This document shows, piece by piece, positions 43,338 through 53,215 of a stretch of 64,000 nucleotides of DNA; position 1 is the first letter of the stretch; every line of letters begins with the position of its first letter. The position numbers and the translations under genes were made by a program. The notes beneath the pieces are model-generated. The model searched no databases. It was not told the origin of the DNA and saw only the letters and a program-made list of their open reading frames with translations. The stretch comes from Candidatus Spongiisociaceae bacterium (lineage in GTDB: Bacteria; Actinomycetota; Acidimicrobiia; Spongiisociales; Spongiisociaceae). Location: NCBI GenBank assembly GCA_965219685.1, contig CBDCOH010000002.1:1440001-1504000 (forward strand). The letters run 5' to 3'.

Positions 43338-44878
43338 TTGCGCGACTTGGCCACTTCGGCGAGGAACTCGGCATTCGACTTCGAGGTTCGAAGCTTGTCT
43401 ATGAGCAACTCGAGAGCGGACCCGGGCTCCAACGCCAGCAGAACCCTGCGCAGCTTCCAGACCTGGGTCAGCTCGTCAGGGTCGAACAGCAACTCCTCCC
43501 GGCGGGTACCCGATGAAGCGATGTCGATCGCCGGATAGACGCGCTTGTCGGCGAGACGCCGGTCGAGGCGCAACTCCATGTTGCCCGTGCCCTTGAACTC
43601 CTCGAATATCACCTCGTCCATCTTGGAGCCCGTCTCGACCAGAGCGGTCCCGATAATGGTCAGGCTGCCCCCTTCCTCGATGTTGCGCGCCGCTCCGAAG
43701 AATCGCTTCGGGGGATACAGGGCGGTCGAGTCCACACCTCCCGACAGGATCCGGCCGGACGCCGGAGTGGCGAGGTTGTGAGCCCGGGCGAGCCGTGTGA
43801 TGGAGTCGAGCAGGATGACCACGTCGGTACCCATCTCCACCAGCCGCTTCGCCCGCTCGATGGCCAGTTCGGAGACCTGGGTGTGCTCGTCCGCCGGTCG
43901 GTCGAAGGTGGAGTAGATCACCTCGCCCTTGACGGAGCGCTGCATGTCCGTGACCTCCTCCGGACGCTCGTCGACGAGCACCACCATGAGATGGCACTCA
44001 GGGTTGTTGACGGTGATCGCCTGGGCTATCTCCTTGAGCACTGTCGTCTTGCCGGCCTTGGGCGGTGAGACGACCAAGCCACGCTGGCCCTTCCCGATGG
44101 GAGCGATGAGGTCGATGATCCGCGTCAGTGTGTTGCGGGGCTTCCTCGGGACCTCCAGGCGGAGCCGGACATCGGGGAACAGCGGGGTGAGATCCGCGAA
44201 CTTGGGACGCTTGCGGGCCTCCTCGGGCGACATTCCGTTGTTCTTCTGGATCCGGGTGAGCGCGGGGAACTTCTCCTGGCTCCTAGGCGGGCGGATCGGA
44301 CCACTGAGGATGTCCCCCTTCCTCAGCGCGAACTTCCGGATCTGGCCCGATGACACGTAGACGTCCTTCTCCCCGGGGAGGTAACCGCCGCACCTCAGGA
44401 AGCCGTAACCCTCAGGAAGGATGTCGAGGGTTCCCTCACGAACCTCCGCCGGCCCGTCGTGAGGACCGGACTCCGCCGGGCGCCGCCGGCGCTTGCGCTT
44501 ACCGCCAACCGCATCGGGGCGCTGGCGAGGCGGTCCTCTCCGATCTCCGCCACGATGCTGAGGAGAGCGAGCGGCCTTGTCGCGGGTTGCGGTCCGGGCC
44601 GGTTGGGAGCCCGAGCCCGATGCCCGTTCTCCGTTGGCGCTGGCCGGCTTGGCGGGAGCGCCCTCCGCCGGAGGTGCAGTCTTCGACGCGCCGTCCTTCG
44701 CCACCACTTCCGGGAGATCAAGCGTCGCCACGCCGTCCGAGCCGTCGTAAGCGCCGGAGCCCATGATCGCATCGATCAACTTCGCCTTCTGGATTCCGTC
44801 GGTCTCGAGACCGACAGCCTGAGCAATGCTGCGCAAGTCTTTGATGCTCTTGGCCTGTAGCTCTGATCGGGTCGCCAT
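43334..44878 (-). CDS. rho: Transcription termination factor Rho
   Basis: [45 protein letters not shown]. Confidence 0.98.
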   Translation of the reverse strand: MATRSELQAKSIKDLRSIAQAVGLETDGIQKAKLIDAIMGSGAYDGSDGVATLDLPEVVAKDGASKTAPPAEGAPAKPASANGERASGSGSQPARTATRDKAARSPQHRGGDRRGPPRQRPDAVGGKRKRRRRPAESGPHDGPAEVREGTLDILPEGYGFLRCGGYLPGEKDVYVSSGQIRKFALRKGDILSGPIRPPRSQEKFPALTRIQKNNGMSPEEARKRPKFADLTPLFPDVRLRLEVPRKPRNTLTRIIDLIAPIGKGQRGLVVSPPKAGKTTVLKEIAQAITVNNPECHLMVVLVDERPEEVTDMQRSVKGEVIYSTFDRPADEHTQVSELAIERAKRLVEMGTDVVILLDSITRLARAHNLATPASGRILSGGVDSTALYPPKRFFGAARNIEEGGSLTIIGTALVETGSKMDEVIFEEFKGTGNMELRLDRRLADKRVYPAIDIASSGTRREELLFDPDELTQVWKLRRVLLALEPGSALELLIDKLRTSKSNAEFLAEVAKSRN

Positions 44879-45190
44879 CCGATTCCTCCATACAGCTATC
44901 TGGGATGCGGGAAAGCCGCGTTACAACGATCAACCCAACCTCGATCGCCTCGGGACCACGGCACCGGAGATCACCGGTCCAAACCCGACGAGTTCCTTGA
45001 TCGGGATTCCAGGAAGACCCTCCGGGCCTCGGCAGATCCGTTTCAGAGCTACCGAGGCTCGTACGAGACACCTAGGTCCGTACGAGACACCGACTCCGGA
45101 ACAAGAGACGTTCGCACGACTAGTGGGAGTGCTTACCCGGCGGCTCTGCGGGTATGGCGCATCTTACCCGTAGGTATCCCAAACGCAAAC

Positions 45191-45267
45191 CGGTTCTCAG
45201 TTGCCGGTTGCCAGGCAACGGACCCCACTCACCACTCACCACTCACCACTCACCACTCACCACTCAC
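45191..45267. repeat. Bipartite heptamer repeat
   Basis: CGGTTCT CAGTTGC CGGTTGC, then (CACTCAC) x6 at 45226-45267, next to the thrC stop. Confidence 0.9.
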
Positions 45268-45270
45268 CAG

Positions 45271-46644
45271 CTAAGCGAATCGGCTGACCTGGCGGACAAG
45301 GCGACGGAGCTCGTCCAGGTCGTTGTCCATCCTCCGCACTCTCTCGGTACGGCGCCCGAGATCGGCAAGCCTCCGGGGAGCCGGCGGCGGCCTTCCGATG
45401 GCGGATCCGACCGCCCGGGGGAATTTGGCCGGATGGGCGGTGGCGAGGCAAACGACCGGGCCCTCCACGCGGGAGTCTCGGGCGGCCGCTATCCCGACCG
45501 CGGTGTGGGGATCGACGATCTGTCCGGTGGTCCGGTAGACATCGGCCATCACCGAGCTGGTCTCGCGGTCGTCGTACCATCTGGAAACGAAGAGGCCCGA
45601 CTCCGAACCACCCGGTATGCCCAGCGAGCGTTCTCGGCGGAGCCGGACCATCGCCTCCCGGAGCCGATCGCCATCACCCCCGTACATGTCGAACATCAAA
45701 CGCTCCAGATTGGAAGGAACCTGGATGTCCATGGAAGGGCTGATTGTCGGAACGACTTCACCCAGTTCCAGCCTCCCGCTTCGAAAGAAACCGTCCAGCA
45801 CGTTGTTGGCGTTGCTGCCCACGATCATCTTCTCGACAGCCAGGCCCATCCTCGTGGCTGCGTAACCGGAGTAGACGTTTCCGAAGTTCCCGCTGGGAAC
45901 CGCGAAGGAGACGCGCCCGCCCACGCGGAGAGAACCCCAGAAGTAGTAGGCGATCTGGGTGATGAGCCTGCCGAAGTTGATCGAGTTGGCAGTCGAGAGG
46001 GACATCTCCCGGCGTAGGTACGAGTCGGCGAAGAGGGCTTTGACCAGGTCCTGGCAGTCGTCGAAGGTGCCGTCGACTGCTATCGCATGGACGTTGGGCG
46101 ACTCGATGGTCGTCATCTGGCGGCGCTGCACGTCGGTCGTGCGGCCTTCGGGAAATAGGATCACGACATCGACCCAGTCGCGGTCGCGAAATGCCTCCAT
46201 GGCCGCCGAGCCCGTGTCGCCGGAGGTAGCACCCAGGATCATGGCGTTACCACCTCTCGCCTCGAGCGCGACATCGAACAGGCGCCCCAGCATCTGGAGC
46301 GCGAAGTCCTTGAATGCCAGGGTCGGTCCCCAGAACAACTCCATGAGGTACAGGTTCTCGTCAATTTGGACTACGGGTGCAACATCACCGTGATCGAAGC
46401 GGGAAAAGGCGTCCTCGGCCATGGTCCGGAGCCGGGATGCGGGCACCAGATCCGAAGTGAACGAGTCGAGGATCGCCGCTACCACCGCCGCGAAGCGGTT
46501 ACCGGCCTCGACGGCAAACCGATCGAACCGGGGCCATGACTCCGGGACGTACAGGCCCCCATCGGGCGCCAGTCCGGTGAGCAGGGCCGTGGTCACATCG
46601 ACCGGAGGCGCCTCGCCGCGCGTCGAGACGAGACGTATGCTCAT
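45271..46644 (-). CDS. thrC: Threonine synthase
   Basis: STRG, GLAPDGGLYVP, GPTLAFKD, ATSGDTGSAA, NSINFGR, PSGNFGN, TAHPAKF. Confidence 0.95.
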   Translation of the reverse strand: MSIRLVSTRGEAPPVDVTTALLTGLAPDGGLYVPESWPRFDRFAVEAGNRFAAVVAAILDSFTSDLVPASRLRTMAEDAFSRFDHGDVAPVVQIDENLYLMELFWGPTLAFKDFALQMLGRLFDVALEARGGNAMILGATSGDTGSAAMEAFRDRDWVDVVILFPEGRTTDVQRRQMTTIESPNVHAIAVDGTFDDCQDLVKALFADSYLRREMSLSTANSINFGRLITQIAYYFWGSLRVGGRVSFAVPSGNFGNVYSGYAATRMGLAVEKMIVGSNANNVLDGFFRSGRLELGEVVPTISPSMDIQVPSNLERLMFDMYGGDGDRLREAMVRLRRERSLGIPGGSESGLFVSRWYDDRETSSVMADVYRTTGQIVDPHTAVGIAAARDSRVEGPVVCLATAHPAKFPRAVGSAIGRPPPAPRRLADLGRRTERVRRMDNDLDELRRLVRQVSRFA

Positions 46645-47933
46645 TACGGCTCGTCGCCGTGGACCCGTAGAACGGTGGCCACCTCGGAGACGACATCCAG
46701 AGCGGCCAGATCCGAGACCGCGGCCTGCAGGTGACGCTCCGGCGACTCGTGCGTCACGAGCAATAACGTCGCCTCCGCCCCCCGGCCTTCCTGCCAAACC
46801 GACTTTATCGAGACGTCATGGCTGCCGAACACGGCCGCGATCCGGGCCAGGACACCCGGACGGTCGACCACCGTGAAGCGCAGGAACCACTTCGTGGTCA
46901 CATCCGCCATGTCCCGGACGCGGCCCTGCGCGAACCGGATGCGCGATCTCACCTCGTTCCTGGCAAGCAACTCTCGGGCGCAGGCGATCACATCGCCCAG
47001 GATCGCGGTGGCGGTCGGCTCCCCCCCGGCTCCCGGTCCCGTGAAGAGCAATTCCCCGATGGAAGGTCCCGCGACGAACACCGCGTTAGTCGCCCCCCGG
47101 ACCGATGCCAGCGGATGGTCGACAGGTACCAGCGTGGGATGTACGCGAACGGCGACACCGTCCTCCGAATCCTCGGCGATGGCCAGCAGTTTCGGTGTGT
47201 AACCCAGAGTCCTGGCATAGTCGAAGTCGAGGAGTTGAAGTCCGTCGATCCCCTCTCGGGGAACCTGGTTCCCGTCCACCCAGGAGCCGAAGGCCAGGCT
47301 GGCCAGGATGGCTGCCTTTGATGCAGCGTCTGCACCCGTGACGTCGGCGGCCGGATCGGCCTCGGCGTACCCAAGGCGTTGTGCCTCCGCCAGTACCTCG
47401 TCGTACGGGGCCCTGTCCTCGATCATCCTCGTGAGTATGAAGTTGGTGGTTCCGTTCACGATCCCCATGACCGACGTGATCCGCTCGCCGGCCAGCGACT
47501 CGGACAGAGGACGGATGATGGGTATCCCGCCTCCCACCGCTGCCTCGAACAACAGCGACACACCCGAGTCCTCGGCGGCCGCCAGCAACGCGCTCCCCCG
47601 GGCGGCCATCAGTTCCTTGTTGGCGGTGACCACGGCCTTGCCCGATCGCAGAGCCCTCAGGGCCAGCTCGCCGGCTGGTTCCAGCCCTCCCATGACCTCG
47701 ATCACGATCCGCACATCGGGGTTGTCAACCACCGTGCCGGGGTCGTCGGTCAGCAGTCCGGCGGGAATCTCGACGCCTCGTTGCTTGGTCACGTCGCGCA
47801 CCGCGATGCCCCTGACCGCCAGCTGCAGGCCGGTCTTGGCGGATATGGCGTCCGACTCGTAGATGAGACGGCGGATGAGGGCACTTCCTACAGTACCTGC
47901 TCCTAGGAACCCGACACCGATCTCCATACTCAT
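46644..47933 (-). CDS. hom: Homoserine dehydrogenase with ACT domain
   Basis: GAGTVG, VVTANK, FEAAVGGGIP, NGTTNFIL, GYAEADP, DRPGVL. Confidence 0.96.
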   Translation of the reverse strand: MSMEIGVGFLGAGTVGSALIRRLIYESDAISAKTGLQLAVRGIAVRDVTKQRGVEIPAGLLTDDPGTVVDNPDVRIVIEVMGGLEPAGELALRALRSGKAVVTANKELMAARGSALLAAAEDSGVSLLFEAAVGGGIPIIRPLSESLAGERITSVMGIVNGTTNFILTRMIEDRAPYDEVLAEAQRLGYAEADPAADVTGADAASKAAILASLAFGSWVDGNQVPREGIDGLQLLDFDYARTLGYTPKLLAIAEDSEDGVAVRVHPTLVPVDHPLASVRGATNAVFVAGPSIGELLFTGPGAGGEPTATAILGDVIACARELLARNEVRSRIRFAQGRVRDMADVTTKWFLRFTVVDRPGVLARIAAVFGSHDVSIKSVWQEGRGAEATLLLVTHESPERHLQAAVSDLAALDVVSEVATVLRVHGDEP

Positions 47934-49267
47934 CCTCCGCTCCTGGATACGTTACAGGACCATTGCTCGGCATCTCCCAGCGTTCTCTGACCGCTCAGCA
48001 AGTCCTCGATCGTCTCTCGACGGACGACCTCGCTGACCTGCCCATCCCTTACGAAGAGAACCGGAGGCCGGGGGAGCACGTTATAGCGGGACGACATGGA
48101 GAAGGTGTAAGCCCCCGCCGTGGGCATCGCCACCAGATCACCCTCTCGGATGGACTCCGGCAACAGAACCGAATCGAGAAGGACATCGGTCTCGCACATA
48201 CGCCCGAAGATCCGGAACGGGCGGTCGTGGGCCAGATCCAGGCGGTCTACGGCCAGCAACTCGTATCGGGAGTCGTACAGCGCCGGACGTGGATTGTCGG
48301 TCAGGCCCCCGTCCAGGGCCAGCATCTCCCCGCCCACCGGAAGGGGCTTGCGGACGCCGATGGTGTAGAGGAGCAGCGCGGCGTTTGCAACCAACGCTCG
48401 GCCGGGCTCCACCATCACTCGTACATCCCCTATCCGCCGCGCCGGACCGTCCTGCAATGCCGACCTGATCGCATCCGCCACCGCCATCGGGGTCGGCGCG
48501 GGGTCGGTCCTAAGGTAGGGCGACGCAAGTCCCCCTCCGACGTCGAGCAGGATCGGACTGGTCTCGAACGCCGACCGCTTGCGCATCACCAACTCCGCCA
48601 GGCGTTGGACGATTGCGCTGAACAGGCCCGGATCGGTGATGTGGCTCCCGGCGTGGAGATGCACTCCCCTCAGCCGGAGCGCGGCACCCGCTGCGATCCG
48701 ATCGATGGCGGTCTCCGCCGCGCCAGGGGTCAGCCCGAACTTCGCGTTGCTACCGGTGGTGAGGACCTTGCTGTTGGTAGCCAGGTTCATGTGCTCGTTG
48801 AGCCTGACCATCACATCGATCACCTTGCCAGCCCGACTGGCCGCCGTCTCCAGGTTCTCGATCTCGGGCAGGCTGTCGACCACGGTGACGGCCACATCGC
48901 CGTTGACCGCGAGGGCCACCTCCGCCGCCGACTTGAGGTTGCCGTGGAGGAGAGTACGGGACGCCGGGATCCCGCCGCGCTTGGCGATGGCCGCCTCCCC
49001 GGCGGAGACGACATCTACCCACCATTCAGTGCGAGCAAGCAACTCCGCCAGCGCCGTACAGAGGAAGGCCTTGGTTGCGTATACCGGCGTGCCGGTGGCG
49101 CCCATCGCCGCGCTGAATTCATCGAGACGATGCTCCAGGTGTGCCTGGTCGAACACGTAGGCAGGCGTTCCGTAATCCTCCGCGATCGCCGACAGCGGTA
49201 CTCCGCCCACCGACGCACGCCCGTCACGTTCCGACCAAGTCTTTGGTAGCACATCGCGAAGCGACAT
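47930..49267 (-). CDS. lysA: Diaminopimelate decarboxylase
   Basis: YATKAF, KFG, HLHAGS, DVGGG, EPGRA, CETD, GAYTFSMSSRYN. Confidence 0.93.
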   Translation of the reverse strand: MSLRDVLPKTWSERDGRASVGGVPLSAIAEDYGTPAYVFDQAHLEHRLDEFSAAMGATGTPVYATKAFLCTALAELLARTEWWVDVVSAGEAAIAKRGGIPASRTLLHGNLKSAAEVALAVNGDVAVTVVDSLPEIENLETAASRAGKVIDVMVRLNEHMNLATNSKVLTTGSNAKFGLTPGAAETAIDRIAAGAALRLRGVHLHAGSHITDPGLFSAIVQRLAELVMRKRSAFETSPILLDVGGGLASPYLRTDPAPTPMAVADAIRSALQDGPARRIGDVRVMVEPGRALVANAALLLYTIGVRKPLPVGGEMLALDGGLTDNPRPALYDSRYELLAVDRLDLAHDRPFRIFGRMCETDVLLDSVLLPESIREGDLVAMPTAGAYTFSMSSRYNVLPRPPVLFVRDGQVSEVVRRETIEDLLSGQRTLGDAEQWSCNVSRSGG

Positions 49268-49415
49268 CGAGAAACCTCGTGGGGATTGGGAAGCTCAAGG
49301 CTAAGTGATCCGGCTCCAAAAGAAAACACGCCGATCACACGCGGGCCCATGTGCCACCCTCGCGGTGACCCATCGACCACGGCTTCGGTTGGACCACGTC
49401 GAGATCCGGTCGGCG

Positions 49416-49487
<72 letters not shown>

Positions 49488-49559
49488 CTTCGATCAATCC
49501 TACCAGCGCCAGGAGACTCGAGTCCGAAGGACCGTGGCGATCGGCCCCGGGTGTCCCTA

Positions 49560-49645
49560 CAAAGAGGTGGCCGGGGCGCGGTCCTAGGGGGAGAGAACGC
49601 GGCGCCCCGGCCGGCTGGCAGGTGGGTGTCCTGCCGTTGGTGGGT
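49560..49645 (-). ncRNA. 6C-like small RNA (two hairpins with C-rich loops)
   Basis: GGCAGG-ACACCCA-CCTGCC, then GGCCGGGGCG..CTCCCCCT..CGCCCCGGCC followed by CTCTTTG; promoter TGGACA-N18-TATGAT (49681-49652). Confidence 0.6.
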
Positions 49646-49685
49646 CAACACATCATACAGCATCCAAGGTCAGGTTGTCCAGCAC

Positions 49686-49825
49686 AAAAAACGCGAGTAG
49701 TTCGAGGTCCCCATGAGGGGTAGCCAGCAGTGCCTGATCGAACCAGGTCCTGCTCCTCTCACGGGTCGCGAGAGCGGTGGTTACGGATCCCCTCCGGCAT
49801 GCCCGGGACCCCTTACGAGCTTTCC
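49686..49825 (-). ncRNA. Putative structured ncRNA (multi-branch, about 130 nt)
   Basis: Nested stems GGGGTCCC/GGGACCTC, GAGGGG/CCCCTC, CTCTCGCG/CGTGAGAG, CCTGGT/ATCAGG; G-U wobbles mostly favour the minus strand; ends in T6. Confidence 0.45.
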
Positions 49826-49826
49826 C

Positions 49827-49855
49827 TTGAGTATGCGGGGACGGTCATTTACAAT
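49827..49855 (+). promoter_or_regulatory. Sigma70-type promoter of leaderless ku
   Basis: TTGAGT-N17-TACAAT, with the ATG 7 nt downstream. Confidence 0.7.
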
Positions 49856-49862
49856 CCGGTGG

Positions 49863-50657
49863 ATGCGACCTATTTGGAGCGGCGCCCTATCGTTCGGGCT
49901 GGTGACAATCCCGGTCCGCCTGTACAGGGCCACCGCGAGCCGCCGACCCCGATTCCGCCAGTTGCGCCGAGCCGATCACAGCCCGATTCGCTACCGCAAA
50001 GTGGCCCAAGCCGACGGTGTGGAGGTTCCGTCCGAGGACATCGTGCGAGGTTACGAAGTCGACAAGGGTAGCTACGTGGTCTTCACGGACGAGGAGATCG
50101 AGGCTGCCGGTCACCAAGGCGGACCGCGGATCGTGGATGTCATCGAGTTTGTGGACGCAACCGAAATCGACCCCATTTACTACCGGGCTTCCTATTTCCT
50201 GGAGCCTGACCCCACCGGGCAGAAGGCGTATTCGATCCTCAGGCAGGCGCTCGCCGATAAGAACCGTATCGGCCTCGCCAAGGTGGCCATCAGGGCGCGA
50301 ATGCACCTGGCCGCTGTCCGCCCCCGGGACGATGTTCTGGTTCTCGAGACCATGTACTGGCCCGACGAGGTGCGGGCCGCGGGCTTCGAGACCCTCAACG
50401 GCGAAGTCGAGGTGCGCGAGAACGAGGTGGCGATGGCCGAGATGCTCATAGATAACCTCACCGGCCAGTTCGATCCGGCTGCCTGGAAGGACGCAACCCG
50501 GGAGCGAATCGAGGAATTGGCGAGGAAGAAGATCGAGGGCGAGGAGATAGTGGTGCCCGACACCCCGGAGCCGACCCGCGTGGTCGACCTTCTCGAAGCC
50601 TTGAAGGCGTCGGTCGAGGCAACCCGCGCCCAGACTGCCCATCGCAAGGCGGGGTAG
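49863..50657 (+). CDS. ku: Non-homologous end-joining protein Ku
   Basis: MRPIWSGALSFGLVTIPVRLY, IVRGYE, IDPIYY, TMYWPDEVR, VVDLLEALKAS. Confidence 0.96.
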   Translation: MRPIWSGALSFGLVTIPVRLYRATASRRPRFRQLRRADHSPIRYRKVAQADGVEVPSEDIVRGYEVDKGSYVVFTDEEIEAAGHQGGPRIVDVIEFVDATEIDPIYYRASYFLEPDPTGQKAYSILRQALADKNRIGLAKVAIRARMHLAAVRPRDDVLVLETMYWPDEVRAAGFETLNGEVEVRENEVAMAEMLIDNLTGQFDPAAWKDATRERIEELARKKIEGEEIVVPDTPEPTRVVDLLEALKASVEATRAQTAHRKAG

Positions 50658-50782
50658 TCGGTGGCTGGTGGTTGTCCGGACGCCCCAGTGACAGTATCTA
50701 CACTGACCACTGACCACTGACCACTGACCACTGACCACTGACCACTGACCACTGACCACTGACCACTGACCACTGACCACTG
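50654..50782. repeat. Bipartite heptamer repeat with perfect (CACTGAC) x11
   Basis: GTAGTCG GTGGCTG GTGGTTG starting at the ku stop, a spacer, then (CACTGAC) x11 + CACTG at 50701-50782. Confidence 0.95.
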
Positions 50783-50796
50783 GGAGCACAACCACC

Positions 50797-51018
50797 GTGA
50801 AAGCGCGAATCGGCATTGCAGACGCAGGACGCGAGATCGAGGTGGAAGTGGCTGGTCGGGATGAAGTTGTCGAAAGCCTCGAATCTGCTTATCGCGAGGG
50901 CGTCCCCATCCTCTGGTTCAAGAACGCGAAGGGGCGTGATATCGGCGTACCACTCGACCGGATCGCCTTCGTCGAGCTGGTGGATGACCGCGATCAGGCG
51001 GTCGGGTTCGGTCGCTGA
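50797..51018 (+). CDS. DUF3107 domain protein
   Basis: RIGIADAGREIEVE...KGRDIGVP..RIAFVEL...VGF actinobacterial pattern; GGGAG RBS. Confidence 0.85.
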   Translation: MKARIGIADAGREIEVEVAGRDEVVESLESAYREGVPILWFKNAKGRDIGVPLDRIAFVELVDDRDQAVGFGR

Positions 51019-51147
51019 AAAAGACCCGGATAGCGGAGGGTGCTCCCCGAGCGGTAAGCCCGGCCCTTCGACCGCTATCTGGAGGAAGCGACTCCCCCGG
51101 GCACGGTGGCGAAAGGGTGGCCTGGCCCGGGACGACTCGTTCCGGGT

Positions 51148-51420
51148 TCAGCTGGCGGCGCGCCGCCGCTCCGCCAGCCAGCGCTTGCGTAGCCGGCGTC
51201 GCTCATCCTCTGCGTAACCTCCCCAGACCCCAGCTTCCTGGTTCGTCTGGAGCGCATACTGGAGGCAGTCTTCCGTCACCAGGCAGTCGGCACAGATACC
51301 CTTGGCCTCCTCGATCTGTTCGACAGCGAGCCCGGTAGTTCCGATGGGGAAGAAAAGGGTCGGTTCGGAGTCCCTACATGCAGCGATCTCCCGCCAATCG
51401 GTTCTGGTGATTGTCAACAC
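51148..51420 (-). CDS. whiB1: WhiB-family Fe-S transcription factor (WhiB1/WblE-like)
   Basis: DWR..AACR..EP.LFFPIGTTG, C..C.V..DCL, GVWGG..EDERR. Confidence 0.9.
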   Translation of the reverse strand: MLTITRTDWREIAACRDSEPTLFFPIGTTGLAVEQIEEAKGICADCLVTEDCLQYALQTNQEAGVWGGYAEDERRRLRKRWLAERRRAAS

Positions 51421-51531
51421 TTTGCGTACCTCTGTTCGCGGAGGGTTCGCCTCCGGCCTGTCTGCTTTTCCGATGCGGCTCGGTTCTCGTTCACCGCACG
51501 TAGTGCCGGCTGGACGGTCCCGTCCCGGTCT

Positions 51532-51632
51532 TTGTGAATAAATTCACAAGGCCGGGCCAAAATAAATGCCGTCGCCGACCGCCGAGCACGTTAGCCGCAT
51601 TAACCCCTGACCGCAAGTGATTTCTTTCACAA
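51532..51632. promoter_or_regulatory. whiB1 promoter with two Rex/CRP-type sites
   Basis: TTGTGAATAAATTCACAA (51532-51549) and AAGTGATTTCTTTCACAA (51615-51632), with TTGCGG-N17-TAACGT on the minus strand between them. Confidence 0.7.
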
Positions 51633-51831
51633 AGTAGCCGACTACAAAATGTACTACTTAAAGGTTATGACCAATGATGATATGTCAGCATTAGGATTCA
51701 ATTGATCTCAATTGAATCCATCGTCATTCCATCCCGGTTCGTCGTAGGGACGCGTGTTTGCTCCCACGGATGCAAGCCGGGAGATGGCTGCCGGGACTGT
51801 CGGTGCCGGAGGCGTGATCACCCGGCTGGGA

Positions 51832-52236
51832 CTAATCAGCAAGGAACGTGACCCGCACGGTGCGCTCACGGTTCTCGCGGTTCGTGTCAACGAGGACGAC
51901 CGACTGCCAGGTCCCCAACGCCATGATCCCGCCAAGGACGGGAATGACGGCGCTGGGCGACACGAACGCAGGAATGACATGATCGGCGCCGTGACCTCGG
52001 CTGCCGTGGCGGTGAAGCCACCGTGAGTCGCGAGGGAACAGCTCGTCGACGTGTCGGAGCAGATCCTGGTCGGAACCGGCACCCGTCTCCACAAGCGCTA
52101 TCCCTGCGGTGCTGTGCGGAACGAATACCGATACGAGCCCGTCGCCCTTCGCACGCACGAAGGCCGCCACACGGTCGGTGATGTCAAACGCGGCGGCGGT
52201 TGCACCTGTTCGGACCCGGAACGTCTGGGTGTCCAC
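51832..52236 (-). CDS. YjbQ-family protein (secondary thiamine-phosphate synthase)
   Basis: DIT, FVPHSTAG, HRHGSRGHGADH, LGTWQSV. Confidence 0.92.
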   Translation of the reverse strand: MDTQTFRVRTGATAAAFDITDRVAAFVRAKGDGLVSVFVPHSTAGIALVETGAGSDQDLLRHVDELFPRDSRWLHRHGSRGHGADHVIPAFVSPSAVIPVLGGIMALGTWQSVVLVDTNRENRERTVRVTFLAD

Positions 52237-52241
52237 AGCGG

Positions 52242-53213
52242 CTAGGTGTTGTCGCCCAGGAAGATGGCCGATACCGAGCTGTCCATGAAGATGGCCTGGA
52301 GCGCCTCGGCGAGAACGGGGGCAATCGACAGCCTCGTCAGCTTGTCGAAGTCCTTGGCATCCTGGCTTATGGGCAGGGTGTCGGTTACCACGACCTCATC
52401 GACCGGGGCATTCTTGAGCCTGTCGAGCGCCGGTTCGGAAAGGAGCGGATGCGTGACCGCCACGTACACGCTTCGAACGTCTTTCTGGCGCAAGAGCCGG
52501 GCCGCGTTGACGACCGTCCCCGCGGTGTCGATCATGTCGTCCACGATCACCGCGTTGCGACCGCGAACCGCACCCACGACAGTAAGCGCTCGCGACCGGT
52601 TGCGAACCTGGGTCGCTCTGCGCTTATGCACGAACGCTACGAACGCGCCCAGATATCGCGCGTACTTCTCGGCTCGCTTGACGCCGCCCGCATCGGGAGA
52701 GACGATCGTGGTGGGACCGTCGAGCCGGTCCTTCAGGTATTCAGTGACGATGGGAAGAGCAGTCAGGTGATCGAGCGGCTTGGGGAAAAAGCCCTGGATC
52801 TGGCCGGTGTGAAGGTCGATCGAAACGATCCGGTCAGCGCCTGCGGCCAGGAAGAGGTCACTTATCAATCGGGCCGAGATCGGCTCCCGAGGCAGTACCT
52901 TCTTGTCTGCCCTCGCGTATCCGAAGAAAGGGACCACAGCCGTGATGCGACGCGCCGACGCCCTCCGGAGCGCCTCGATCAGGATCAATTGCTCCATGAT
53001 GTGGAAGTTGATCTCGGGCGCGTGACTCTGCATCACGAAACAGTCGGTGCCGCGCACCGACTCCAGAGGCCGCGCGTACACTTCGGTATTGGCAAATCTC
53101 GATAGCTCGACTCGCCCTAGCCGCACCCCCAACTCTTCGGCTACGGCTCGGGCCAACTCCGGGTTAGCCGATCCCGAGAAGAGCATGAAGCGCTTGCGGT
53201 TTACGAGTTCCAT
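52242..53213 (-). CDS. prs: Ribose-phosphate pyrophosphokinase
   Basis: YARADKK..REPISA, DLHTGQIQGFF, VSPDAGGV, VDDMIDTAGT. Confidence 0.97.
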   Translation of the reverse strand: MELVNRKRFMLFSGSANPELARAVAEELGVRLGRVELSRFANTEVYARPLESVRGTDCFVMQSHAPEINFHIMEQLILIEALRRASARRITAVVPFFGYARADKKVLPREPISARLISDLFLAAGADRIVSIDLHTGQIQGFFPKPLDHLTALPIVTEYLKDRLDGPTTIVSPDAGGVKRAEKYARYLGAFVAFVHKRRATQVRNRSRALTVVGAVRGRNAVIVDDMIDTAGTVVNAARLLRQKDVRSVYVAVTHPLLSEPALDRLKNAPVDEVVVTDTLPISQDAKDFDKLTRLSIAPVLAEALQAIFMDSSVSAIFLGDNT

Positions 53214-53215
53214 TC

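Noticed and set aside
49268-49415. Lysine riboswitch upstream of lysA
   Set aside because: No recognisable L-box consensus; lysA may simply be co-transcribed with tRNA-Arg.
50701-50782. CRISPR array or coding SGQWSVV repeat protein
   Set aside because: A pure 7-bp tandem repeat with no spacers and no cas genes. The peptide repeats are shadow translations.
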